Shown here piece after piece: positions 27,470 through 35,272 of a DNA stretch of 64,000 nt (position 1 is the first letter of the stretch; each line of letters begins with the position of its first letter). A program made the translations under genes and the position numbers. The stretch comes from Candidatus Nealsonbacteria bacterium (GTDB lineage Bacteria; Patescibacteriota; Minisyncoccia; Minisyncoccales; CAZKCU01): positions 1,690 through 65,689 of the forward strand of contig CP179888.1 in NCBI GenBank assembly GCA_047456305.1. The letters run 5' to 3'. The notes beneath the pieces are model-generated. The model had not been told where the DNA came from and did not search any database. It was given only the letters and a program-made list of their open reading frames with translations.

Positions 27470-27694
27470 ATGAAAACACAAAACGGCAGGCCAGCCAAAA
27501 TCGGTTCAATGTATTTCGAGCATTACGACAATGGGGGAGTGGTGAGGAAATTTACTCTTTGCTATTGTCCGTCTTGCAAAAGAAAAATCGGATTGACTCC
27601 CGAAGAGTTAAACAAATTCGCCGAGAATATGCCGGGATTATTGCTAGAGTTTATATCCCGGCTTGTCAGATTAAGGGTGATTTTGCCAAGATAG
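27470..27694 (+). CDS. small Cys-pair protein next to the integrase (regulator/excisionase candidate)
   Basis: The ATG at 27470 gives MKTQNGRPAKIG...CYCPSCKRKIG. The track ORF starts upstream inside the sRNA-like region. Confidence 0.3.
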   Translation: MKTQNGRPAKIGSMYFEHYDNGGVVRKFTLCYCPSCKRKIGLTPEELNKFAENMPGLLLEFISRLVRLRVILPR

Positions 27695-27752
27695 GGGACT
27701 GTGGATAAAACACTTGACAAGACCTCTTGGGTGTGAGAAAATTAAAATAGGT

Positions 27753-27917
27753 ATGAAGAAGAAAAAACAAACAATGGTTAGTGTTCCGATGGCGGAATAC
27801 AAAAGACTAAAGAGGTTAGATGCCAGAGAAATAAAAATGAGGCCACTGGTTTTGCAGTTGGCTTCTTTTATGTATAGCAAGAAAGTGAAGAAGAAAGTAT
27901 CTTTGACAATCCAATAG
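27753..27917 (+). CDS. small basic protein (possible RHH-type regulator)
   Basis: MKKKKQTMVSVPMAEYKRLKRLD has a beta-strand-plus-helix start like ribbon-helix-helix proteins. Call is weak. Confidence 0.3.
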   Translation: MKKKKQTMVSVPMAEYKRLKRLDAREIKMRPLVLQLASFMYSKKVKKKVSLTIQ

Positions 27918-28048
27918 AAATAAATTATTCATTATCATTTAGAACGCCATTAGGGGGTTTATTAAAAAAACCTTATACTTCGCACAATGTAGGTAAAGCG
28001 ACACTTTAGATATAATCAAAAGAGGCTCTTAACCACTCCCCTATAAAT

Positions 28049-29005
28049 ATGAAAAAATCTAACATTCCTATAATTAAACATATCCCCGACTTTTTAGACT
28101 ATTGTGAAGTTGAAAAAGGATTAGCAGATAAAACTCAACTAAATTATAACCGCTACCTCACCAAGTTCACCCACTGGCTCAAAAAGACCAAAAAAGACAA
28201 CCTTCTGCCTCATGAACTGACTGCCGATGATATCTGGGCCTATCGCTTATATTTAAGTCGTTATACAGGAGAAAAAGGCCGTCCCTTGAAGAAAGTCACC
28301 CAGAACTACTATTTAATAGCTTTAAGAGCCCTTTTAAGCTATTTTACAGCCAAAGACCTAATATCACTCCCCGCAGATAAAATAAAGCTCCCAAAAGACG
28401 CTAAAGCCGAAAAAACCTTAAAATTCCTTAATTTAGAGCAAATTGAGAGGCTTTTAACAACTCCTAAGGGAAACAGCCCAATTGACTTACGGAATAGAGC
28501 TATTTTAGAGACACTTTTCTCAACCGGCCTTAGGATAGCTGAATTAGTGGCTCTGAACAAGGAACAGTTTACTAATATAAAAGATAAGAAAGATTTAGAA
28601 ATTGGAATTATTGGTAAAGGAAGTCATCCCCGCACAGTCTATTTTTCAGAAAGAGCCCTGTCTTGGATTAAGAAGTATTTGGAAACTCGTAAAGACAAAG
28701 AAAAACCATTATTTATACATTATAGAGCCCGGGAAGACGCCGAAGCCCGCCTTACAGCTCGTTCTATAGAAAGAATTGTCAAAAAATACGCTGTTTTAGC
28801 TGGCGTTCCTATCTTTACCACTCCTCATACTCTTCGTCACTCAATGGCAACTGATTTATTAACCCAAGGAGTTGATTTAAGAACTATTCAGGAATTTTTA
28901 GGCCACAGAAATATCGTCACAACTCAAATATATACCCACGTAACAAATAAGCGCCTCCGAGACATCCACCGTCAGTACCACAGCGGCAAAAATTTAAAAG
29001 AATAG
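28049..29005 (+). CDS. tyrosine recombinase / integrase, XerC/XerD family
   Basis: N-terminal SAM-like core-binding domain. The C-terminus ...RNRAILETLFSTGLRIAEL...HTLRHSMATDLL..G.DLRTIQEFLGHRNIVTTQIYTHV supplies the R..HxxR..Y catalytic set. Confidence 0.9.
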   Translation: MKKSNIPIIKHIPDFLDYCEVEKGLADKTQLNYNRYLTKFTHWLKKTKKDNLLPHELTADDIWAYRLYLSRYTGEKGRPLKKVTQNYYLIALRALLSYFTAKDLISLPADKIKLPKDAKAEKTLKFLNLEQIERLLTTPKGNSPIDLRNRAILETLFSTGLRIAELVALNKEQFTNIKDKKDLEIGIIGKGSHPRTVYFSERALSWIKKYLETRKDKEKPLFIHYRAREDAEARLTARSIERIVKKYAVLAGVPIFTTPHTLRHSMATDLLTQGVDLRTIQEFLGHRNIVTTQIYTHVTNKRLRDIHRQYHSGKNLKE

Positions 29006-29015
29006 AGATTATTAA

Positions 29016-29168
29016 TTACTTTACTTCTTCGTTTATTTCTTTTAAAGCCTTGAAAATTTCCTTAATAATCTCTTCGAGGGATGCAAATTTTGATGCGTCT
29101 CCACCCCTAAAAAGCTCTTTTACTAATTCTACGGTGTCTTCGTAAATTTTATTTGTTGGAAATGGCAT
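29016..29168 (-). CDS. 50-aa hypothetical protein (below the ORF-track cutoff)
   Basis: Hand translation gives MPFPTNKIYEDTVELVKELFRGGDASKFASLEEIIKEIFKALKEINEEVK. Convergent with the integrase. Confidence 0.25.
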   Translation of the reverse strand: MPFPTNKIYEDTVELVKELFRGGDASKFASLEEIIKEIFKALKEINEEVK

Positions 29169-29230
29169 TTTTATAAAATAATTTATACTTCTAATAAATT
29201 CGACCTTTCATCTTTATTTTAAGTAATTTC

Positions 29231-29264
29231 TAAAAAATAAAAAGCCGTTAGTTTCCCTAACGGT
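29231..29264 (-). terminator. intrinsic terminator after the Doc operon
   Basis: Stem CCGTTAG/CTAACGG (29245-29263). On the minus strand a T-run follows (plus-strand A-run 29231-29243). Confidence 0.5.
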
Positions 29265-29294
29265 CTTCTCTCACCGATTAAATGTCGCACAATA

Positions 29295-29681
29295 TTAACT
29301 CTCCACTTTAGAATGTTTCTCTATCCATAATGCAATTTCCTCTAATGTGAGGTGATTATTTACTACTCGTATAGTAAACTTTTCTACTTCATTCGTTTCT
29401 AATTCGAAAGAGTAGTTGTTTCTGTTTAAAAAAATTTTTACAACAGTTATACTAGTCCTCTTATTTCCATCTATAAAAATATGTCCTTCATTTATTGTTC
29501 GTAAATAAAAGGCGGCTTTAAAAAATATATTTGGATAAAGTTCTTGCCCAAAAACACTCTGGGCAGGTTGCGTTTCTAACATTAAAAGAGCGTGTTCATT
29601 TAACACGCCCCCTAAACCTCCTGTCTTTATTAAGATTTCATCGTGTATCTCTAGAATCTCCTCACTAGATAAATAATACAT
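29295..29681 (-). CDS. doc: Doc (death-on-curing) Fic-fold toxin
   Basis: HIFIDGNKRTS matches the Doc variant of the Fic motif. 128 aa. Confidence 0.85.
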   Translation of the reverse strand: MYYLSSEEILEIHDEILIKTGGLGGVLNEHALLMLETQPAQSVFGQELYPNIFFKAAFYLRTINEGHIFIDGNKRTSITVVKIFLNRNNYSFELETNEVEKFTIRVVNNHLTLEEIALWIEKHSKVES

Positions 29682-29688
29682 AAGTTAA

Positions 29689-29892
29689 TTATTTCTTTGC
29701 GAGAGATTCGAAAGCTTTTCTGTGCTTCTCTATAAACTCTGATGTCTCTTTTCTAACATCAGAGCTATATCTTCTTAAAACAAAAAAGGAGTTTTCCGTT
29801 TTATTAACATTAAATGTTAACCAATTTTTAAACCAATTTGGTCTTTCAAATTGTATACTATTAGTGCTGCTTGAACTAGTAATTGAAGTCAT
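29689..29892 (-). CDS. putative cognate antitoxin
   Basis: 67-aa ORF 7 nt upstream of doc. No Phd motif recognised. Confidence 0.4.
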   Translation of the reverse strand: MTSITSSSSTNSIQFERPNWFKNWLTFNVNKTENSFFVLRRYSSDVRKETSEFIEKHRKAFESLAKK

Positions 29893-29894
29893 AT

Positions 29895-30254
29895 TTATTT
29901 TATTAAAGTTAAATTAATATTAGTGGCTAATTCTTCTTTATCAACAAGAGCTTTAATTGTGTAAATACCCTGTTCAGGAAAAATAATATTAGCAAACCTC
30001 GCAATAAAATAATGAGTTATTCCGGTTGGAACTTCTTTGTCAACAGCAGCTATTTCCTTATGATCTTTTATGACAGAAATTCTAAAATGATGATTGCCTG
30101 GTGTTCCCTGTACAACAACACTAACGATTAACTCTTTGTGTTTGGCAGGAAAATTCAAAGCTCTAATAGAATTATAAATCCCCTCTATCGTAACTTTTTT
30201 AGTGTTATCATCAATATTTACCCTGTCTGAAATAAGAAGAGATAAAATTTTCAT
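29895..30254 (-). CDS. hypothetical protein, first gene of the doc operon
   Basis: 119-aa ORF, with a 2-nt gap to the next gene. Confidence 0.4.
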   Translation of the reverse strand: MKILSLLISDRVNIDDNTKKVTIEGIYNSIRALNFPAKHKELIVSVVVQGTPGNHHFRISVIKDHKEIAAVDKEVPTGITHYFIARFANIIFPEQGIYTIKALVDKEELATNINLTLIK

Positions 30255-30399
30255 ATTTTTATCTTTTCATAATTTGATTAAACAATAAAAGTTTCTTGGT
30301 TTTTATATTCATATGAATCCGCCTGTAAAATTATTTTAGATAAATATATTATATCACAATAAGGACGAGTAAACAATATTTTTTTATTTTTATGATTTT

Positions 30400-30792
30400 T
30401 CTGGTGTGATTATCCGATAACGAAACTTTTTAGTTAAAGGAGCGGACAATATACCTAGTCTGACGTAAATTTTAGCTTCATTTTTTCCCTTAAGTCGCAT
30501 AAGCTAAGTTGTCTGACGCTTTTCGGCCCTATTCGCCACAACCATGTTGTCAGACTGTACATATACCTATTGAGACTCTTATCAGGGTTTAGGTCGCCCT
30601 TTATCTATTATATACCCTTCAAGACTCTTAACACTACAAGGTGTCCTAGCGCCATCCCCTAGTCGGTCTCGAACTTGGATTTTAAGGGGAAATTAAGGGT
30701 TCTTTGAGCGTGTCCCACAATGCCTCTCGGTCGGGGTGTTTTAACCTAAAATGAGACAAATGAGACACTACTTAAGGGTATATTCTATTGTC
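30400..30792. repeat. non-coding element, copy 1 (best-conserved core 30645-30747), paralog of 38041-38429
   Basis: No ORF. The core aligns by eye with 38308-38408 (CCTAGC..TCGGTCT..TTTTAAGGG.AATTA.G.GGTTCT..GTGTC.CAC..TCTCGGTCG.GGTGTTTT). Sits directly 3' of a minus-strand gene. Confidence 0.5.
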
Positions 30793-31545
30793 TCATTTTT
30801 TTGTTAAGATCTCAGAAATAACGATTGGCTTCCAGACAATGCCAATCTCAGTCCCGAAACTACCTATGTTCCTACCTGAATAGACACCGAGGAACCTTAC
30901 TGCATTACCTATGGTATTACCTTTTGATGTTTGATAAATCGATACTCTCTTTGCAATTACAGGAGAACCCGACATACCACCTTTAGTCGTGGCGTCAATT
31001 AAGAACGCTGGTTTCCCATTCCAATCCAAATCAATATCGGAGGCAATATGTCCAGTTTTCCATATTGGAAACATGCCGGCAGAAGTTAACCCTTCAGGAT
31101 AGCCTATAATACTTACGGCTTCGGAGGGATATATCATTAAATCGAAATTACTTAAAGACAAATCTATATCATATACTTCTATATTAGGAGCTATCAAGAA
31201 TTTAATTGCGACAACGTCAATTTCGTTCCCAGAGACATGCTCTAACCATAACTTATTGCCTTTCTGATCAATTAAATTAATCTCGCAGGAAATCCAAGAA
31301 CCCAGTTTTTTTCCATGAAACCAAACTCTTAATTTTTGGGGATCTGCCATTCCGTTTTTCGAAATGGGTTTATTATCTTTTGGATCCCTCCCAGTCACAA
31401 CGTGCCAATTCGTGATGATATAATAAGAATCATCTTTTTTAACTGCAAAACCTGTTCCAACTCCAAGACCCTTATCATTTAAAAGTGTTTCCAAATATAA
31501 TGGTTTTTGAGAAAACTCATCAATAAATTTAATATTTCTTTCCAT
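30793..31545 (-). CDS. trypsin-like (S1/Trypsin_2) serine protease, cytoplasmic
   Basis: The His (ITNWHVV), Asp (IDVVAIK) and Ser (GGMSGSPV) triad appears in the correct order. No signal peptide seen. Confidence 0.75.
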   Translation of the reverse strand: MERNIKFIDEFSQKPLYLETLLNDKGLGVGTGFAVKKDDSYYIITNWHVVTGRDPKDNKPISKNGMADPQKLRVWFHGKKLGSWISCEINLIDQKGNKLWLEHVSGNEIDVVAIKFLIAPNIEVYDIDLSLSNFDLMIYPSEAVSIIGYPEGLTSAGMFPIWKTGHIASDIDLDWNGKPAFLIDATTKGGMSGSPVIAKRVSIYQTSKGNTIGNAVRFLGVYSGRNIGSFGTEIGIVWKPIVISEILTKK

Positions 31546-31592
31546 GTTTCTTTGATTTTGACTCTTCTATTTTTGTTGTCTATTTATTAATT

Positions 31593-31781
31593 TTAATAAA
31601 TCTTCTTCTTTTTTAATTTATATCTTTGAGGATTTACTCTCCTGTCAATTTTGAGGAGTAACTCAAAAAATCCTAATAAATTATAAGCGGCCTCGGAGAC
31701 CTCTTTTTTGCTTAATTTTCTGCCGTAATCTTTTTCAAATATTTCCTGAAGCTCTTTAACGGTTTCTTCTGAAATTTGCAT
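31593..31781 (-). CDS. small helical hypothetical protein
   Basis: 62-aa ORF between the 192-aa gene and the protease. Confidence 0.35.
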   Translation of the reverse strand: MQISEETVKELQEIFEKDYGRKLSKKEVSEAAYNLLGFFELLLKIDRRVNPQRYKLKKKKIY

Positions 31782-31809
31782 GGATTATTGTTTTATTTTG
31801 TTAAAAAAA

Positions 31810-32388
31810 TCATATTTTCAATAAAAGAGGTTTCTGGCTTCTGTCAGTTGTGATTTTAATAATCGCTTTTTGTAATAATTGTTCATATGTTTTAGGTGCT
31901 TTTATCTCCTCTTTCTTAAAAGATATGGGTCTCCAATAACTAAAAAATATCCGTTTATATGTTTTTAATGAAAAATCAACTCGAATAAATTTTTCTGATT
32001 GATTTTTTAAGAAAATTGGTAAAAATATAGGTTTTCTTTCTAAACTTTTCTTTTCATTGATAATTTGGTCAACAATCATCACTCCATCTTTTTCATTTTC
32101 TCGAATTGCTTCACAAATTTTTACATAATTAGATTTGCATCTATAATTATCTTTCCCTATCCATTCTGCTTGAATATTCTCAATTATTAAATTTTCCTTT
32201 GAAGCATTAACTAACTTTAAAGTCATAAACCAATCAAGCATAGAGAATCTATCAATAGGTATAGTCAAATCAAACCCTGCAGCGCTTACAGTAGCCGGAA
32301 CGATACTTACCGAAAACTGCCTGAAGGAGACAGGTTTTGCTTTATTTATATCTATTATTTTATCTATTTTTACTAAATTTATATCCAT
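31810..32388 (-). CDS. hypothetical protein (192 aa)
   Basis: ORF with no recognised motif. Preceded by a degenerate junction module. Confidence 0.4.
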   Translation of the reverse strand: MDINLVKIDKIIDINKAKPVSFRQFSVSIVPATVSAAGFDLTIPIDRFSMLDWFMTLKLVNASKENLIIENIQAEWIGKDNYRCKSNYVKICEAIRENEKDGVMIVDQIINEKKSLERKPIFLPIFLKNQSEKFIRVDFSLKTYKRIFFSYWRPISFKKEEIKAPKTYEQLLQKAIIKITTDRSQKPLLLKI

Positions 32389-32443
32389 CTTTCCTCTAAA
32401 TTATTTTTCTTTTTGTTGAGCTTCGAGTTAAATTTTAGTTATT

Positions 32444-32569
32444 TTAGTGCTTTTCTTCAAATTTCCATTCGGTTTTGTGTTTTGGTAAGTTTGTCCATTT
32501 GGTCTTGTGTTTCTTGGGTGTTCTCGATTTTGTTTTATGTTTTTTTTCGGACTTCCATTTTGTTGGCAT
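32444..32569 (-). CDS. 41-aa lysine/histidine-rich peptide (below the ORF-track cutoff)
   Basis: Hand translation gives MPTKWKSEKKHKTKSRTPKKHKTKWTNLPKHKTEWKFEEKH. Framed by the same Y (5') and X-like (3') junction modules as its neighbours. Confidence 0.25.
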   Translation of the reverse strand: MPTKWKSEKKHKTKSRTPKKHKTKWTNLPKHKTEWKFEEKH

Positions 32570-32581
32570 AAAATTATAAAA

Positions 32582-32608
32582 GTTTTATTTCTCAATTAAT
32601 TCTTCGAC
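32582..32608 (-). repeat. junction module Y, copy 4
   Basis: The minus strand reads GTCGAAGAATTAATTGAGAAATAAAAC, 12 nt before the ATG of the 41-aa ORF. Confidence 0.75.
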
Positions 32609-32624
32609 CTTTATAATTTTCCTT

Positions 32625-32642
32625 AACTTCGGGCTAAATTTT
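32625..32642 (-). repeat. junction module X, copy 4
   Basis: AAAATTTAGCCCGAAGTT after the stop of 32649..33038. Degenerate copies lie at 32420-32436 and 34753-34768. Confidence 0.8.
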
Positions 32643-32648
32643 AGTTAT

Positions 32649-33038
32649 TTAATCGTTAAGTAGTTTAGGATTCTTCTTCCTAAAATATGCAATCAAAATT
32701 ACCTCTACTAAACTACACATATCTTTATCTTTTATTTCCTTATAGGCAAATTTACAATTATCAATAACCCATTTTCGCATTAATTTACCAAATGGAATTC
32801 CGTATATCTCATGTATTTTCTTTCTAAAAATACTTGTAGAACCTCTTCGTTCTCCAGAAATATGATCACTGTTTATCCTTCTATTTAAATTTTTCCCCTT
32901 CCCTGCGTAAATAATTTGATTTTTATTATAAATTAAATAAACTCCCTGGATTTCTGGAATTTTTCTAGTGTTTTCTATGGGTTTATTATTTAATAATTGA
33001 TTGGCAATTTTCTTTGCCTTTTTTAAAATTATTTCCAT
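32649..33038 (-). CDS. GIY-YIG nuclease-domain protein
   Basis: GVYLIYNKNQIIYAGKGKNLNRRI fits GIY...YIG...R. Confidence 0.6.
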   Translation of the reverse strand: MEIILKKAKKIANQLLNNKPIENTRKIPEIQGVYLIYNKNQIIYAGKGKNLNRRINSDHISGERRGSTSIFRKKIHEIYGIPFGKLMRKWVIDNCKFAYKEIKDKDMCSLVEVILIAYFRKKNPKLLND

Positions 33039-33044
33039 TTCCTC

Positions 33045-33062
33045 AATTTCGGGCTAAATTTT
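33045..33062 (-). repeat. junction module X, copy 3
   Basis: AAAATTTAGCCCGAAATT after the stop of 33065..33667. Confidence 0.8.
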
Positions 33063-33064
33063 GA

Positions 33065-33667
33065 TTATTTTTTATTTAATTTTCTTTTAAAATATTTTTC
33101 CGGATTTTTAAAATTTAAAATAGCTTCATTTATTACACTTTTTTCTTTTTCCTTTAACTTACTATTCTTAATTAATTGTTCAATCCATTCTGCAGTGGCT
33201 TTAAGATAAATACATAATAATCTTTCTGCCAGTTTTGTTTTTTCCCCTTCATTGTCAATATATTTTTTCATTTCTTTTTCTGTTTTTTTGATGCTTTGTT
33301 TGGATTTAATTATTCGGTGCATAGCCTCAATCCTTATTTTATTAAATTTTTCAATATCTTTAATAATCGATTTATCCTTTAAAACTCTTTCAAGGTTTAA
33401 TTTTGAATATCCAAGAGGTTTATTGACTGATAATGTCATAGCCTTAAACATGCTTTTTTTAAGGTGTAAATTTATTATATCTTCATTCAACTTAATAATT
33501 TCCTCTATGAGGTATTCAATTATTTGACTTTTAAAAAGAATATATGCTATATAAAATCCTTTTGTATATAGCATACTCCCTCTATCTAAAACTTGCATCA
33601 ATAATTTTGCTCCGCAATGTATCTCTTCTAATTTTTTCCTTAATCGGGTTAACTTCTTTTTTTGCAT
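33065..33667 (-). CDS. hypothetical helical protein (200 aa)
   Basis: ORF between X-type junctions. Confidence 0.4.
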   Translation of the reverse strand: MQKKKLTRLRKKLEEIHCGAKLLMQVLDRGSMLYTKGFYIAYILFKSQIIEYLIEEIIKLNEDIINLHLKKSMFKAMTLSVNKPLGYSKLNLERVLKDKSIIKDIEKFNKIRIEAMHRIIKSKQSIKKTEKEMKKYIDNEGEKTKLAERLLCIYLKATAEWIEQLIKNSKLKEKEKSVINEAILNFKNPEKYFKRKLNKK

Positions 33668-33687
33668 GATTTTTACAAAATTTCTTC

Positions 33688-33705
33688 AACTTCGGGCTAA
33701 ATTTT
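33688..33705 (-). repeat. junction module X, copy 2
   Basis: Identical 18-mer AAAATTTAGCCCGAAGTT after the stop of 33709..34035. Confidence 0.8.
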
Positions 33706-33708
33706 GAT

Positions 33709-34035
33709 TTATTTAAAAATTTTACTAAATGCCTCTATTAAAAATTTTATAGGACTAACTAACAACTCTAAAAAACCTAACAATCTAAACCTTAATGACC
33801 AAGGATAGTTTGCCCCACAATTATGACAATTAAGTGGTACAGGAGTAGAGGTCAAATCCACAAATCCTTCAATAATATAATGACCACGAATTGGAACGCC
33901 ACATTTAGGGCACCTATAAATTGTCTTTGCTCCGCATTTGTCACAAAATTCCTGTCTGAATTTAGGTGAACTATTATAATGGTCGGTTATTTGGTGCCCC
34001 CTCCGGCAAACCTGCATTGTCTCATAATGCCCCAT
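33709..34035 (-). CDS. multi-zinc-ribbon protein
   Basis: Three zinc-ribbon-like units: CRRGH...CDKCG, CPKCG, CHNCG. Confidence 0.5.
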   Translation of the reverse strand: MGHYETMQVCRRGHQITDHYNSSPKFRQEFCDKCGAKTIYRCPKCGVPIRGHYIIEGFVDLTSTPVPLNCHNCGANYPWSLRFRLLGFLELLVSPIKFLIEAFSKIFK

Positions 34036-34040
34036 AGTCT

Positions 34041-34068
34041 AATTTTATTTCTCAATTAATTTTTCGAC
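34041..34068 (-). repeat. junction module Y, copy 3
   Basis: The minus strand reads GTCGAAAAATTAATTGAGAAATAAAATT, 5 nt before the ATG. Confidence 0.75.
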
Positions 34069-34081
34069 TTTTTAGCTATAA

Positions 34082-34336
34082 TCACTTAAAGATCGCCACG
34101 ATTAACGAAAGAATAGTAATAACAGCCATTACAATTGTTATATTTTTTTGAAATCCTTTAACGTGACTTAATGTCTCATTTTGATTTTCTAGCGCTTCTA
34201 GTTGGAATACTTCTGGCGCTGTCATCACCCTTTTACACTTAGCACATATAAAATATGCCGGTATCGCACCCACCTCAAGCTCTCGCCTTGAGTCAGTATG
34301 TATCTCCCACTCGTGGTCGCATTTATTTTTAATCAT
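34082..34336 (-). CDS. small zinc-ribbon protein with C-terminal TM anchor
   Basis: CDHEW...CAKCKRV, then ITIVMAVITILSLIVAIF. Confidence 0.45.
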   Translation of the reverse strand: MIKNKCDHEWEIHTDSRRELEVGAIPAYFICAKCKRVMTAPEVFQLEALENQNETLSHVKGFQKNITIVMAVITILSLIVAIFK

Positions 34337-34342
34337 ATTTTT

Positions 34343-34360
34343 AACTTCGGGCTAAATTTT
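34343..34360 (-). repeat. junction module X, copy 1
   Basis: The minus strand reads AAAATTTAGCCCGAAGTT, starting 2 nt after a stop codon. Confidence 0.8.
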
Positions 34361-34362
34361 AA

Positions 34363-34725
34363 TTAGTTTTTATTTTTTGATTTATGATTGGTTAATAATT
34401 CGTGTTCTTCGTGTAAAATCTTTCCAGTTTTATTATCTTTTACTACGTGATGATATTCGTTTTTCTCACGATCAATTTCCATCTGAACTTCTACACCTTC
34501 TGACAACTTAGGATTTGTACTTGGCTTAAAACCACTGAAAACTTTTTTTAAAAACCCCTTAAAACCAGGACGTTTCTGTATTATTCTTATTGAATCCCGA
34601 ACTTTGACCGTATCAGAAATACATACTTTAAAAAGATTTGGTGTTTCTTTCTGGCATTGTCTACAAAATTTCGATTCTTTTTCTAGACCGCATTCTACAC
34701 AAAAAATTTTATCCGATTCTTCCAT
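34363..34725 (-). CDS. zinc-ribbon protein (120 aa)
   Basis: CVECG...CRQCQ. The true ATG is at 34725; the track ORF starts at a TTG inside the conserved junction. Confidence 0.45.
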   Translation of the reverse strand: MEESDKIFCVECGLEKESKFCRQCQKETPNLFKVCISDTVKVRDSIRIIQKRPGFKGFLKKVFSGFKPSTNPKLSEGVEVQMEIDREKNEYHHVVKDNKTGKILHEEHELLTNHKSKNKN

Positions 34726-34752
34726 AATTTTATTTCTCAATTAATTCTTTAA
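34726..34752 (-). repeat. junction module Y, copy 2
   Basis: The minus strand reads TTAAAGAATTAATTGAGAAATAAAATT followed by the ATG. Confidence 0.8.
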
Positions 34753-34779
34753 TACTTCCCGGAAATTTCATCTCTTATA

Positions 34780-35235
34780 CTAGACCAAAGATGCTTTTAT
34801 CAAACTCCCAAGTTCTGCCTTAATTAAGCTTTCTATATTAATGTTGTCTGCGAGCTTGATATTAAAAGTAATATGAAATTCTTGTCTTTCTTTTTCGCCA
34901 CGCTCAATCCCTTCGATCATATCGATTCCTTCAGAAGAAACTCTGATATTCAAAAATTGCTCTGAAACATTATCTTGGCTCCGAGACATAGAAATAAACC
35001 CCTTTTCATGTAAATATATCAAGGCATTATAAATATCATTATCGCTTCTCGATATTTCTATAAGACTCTTGCAAATTTTGTGCTCCCTATTGTCCATTGC
35101 CGGTGATTTTTCTCCTTTCAAAAAACCTCTCATTTGAAAACTTAATAAAAAATCATTTAAATACGCATAGTCATCTCTTTGAATATAATATAAATACAAA
35201 AGAATCTTTCCTGCAATTCTTTTAATTGGTTCCAT
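34780..35235 (-). CDS. hypothetical protein (151 aa), possible wHTH
   Basis: ATG at 35235. The upstream 26 nt are identical to those of 34363..34725. Confidence 0.45.
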   Translation of the reverse strand: MEPIKRIAGKILLYLYYIQRDDYAYLNDFLLSFQMRGFLKGEKSPAMDNREHKICKSLIEISRSDNDIYNALIYLHEKGFISMSRSQDNVSEQFLNIRVSSEGIDMIEGIERGEKERQEFHITFNIKLADNINIESLIKAELGSLIKASLV

Positions 35236-35264
35236 AATTTTATTTCTCAATTAATTCTTCGAAG
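35236..35264 (-). repeat. junction module Y, copy 1
   Basis: The minus strand reads CTTCGAAGAATTAATTGAGAAATAAAATT, directly followed by the ATG. Confidence 0.8.
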
Positions 35265-35272
35265 TTTTTACA

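Noticed and set aside
32389-35272. Calling the cassette array a classical integron.
   Set aside because: No IntI-type integrase or attI lies next to the array. The junction modules are direct motifs without the imperfect inverted repeats (R/L boxes) of attC sites.
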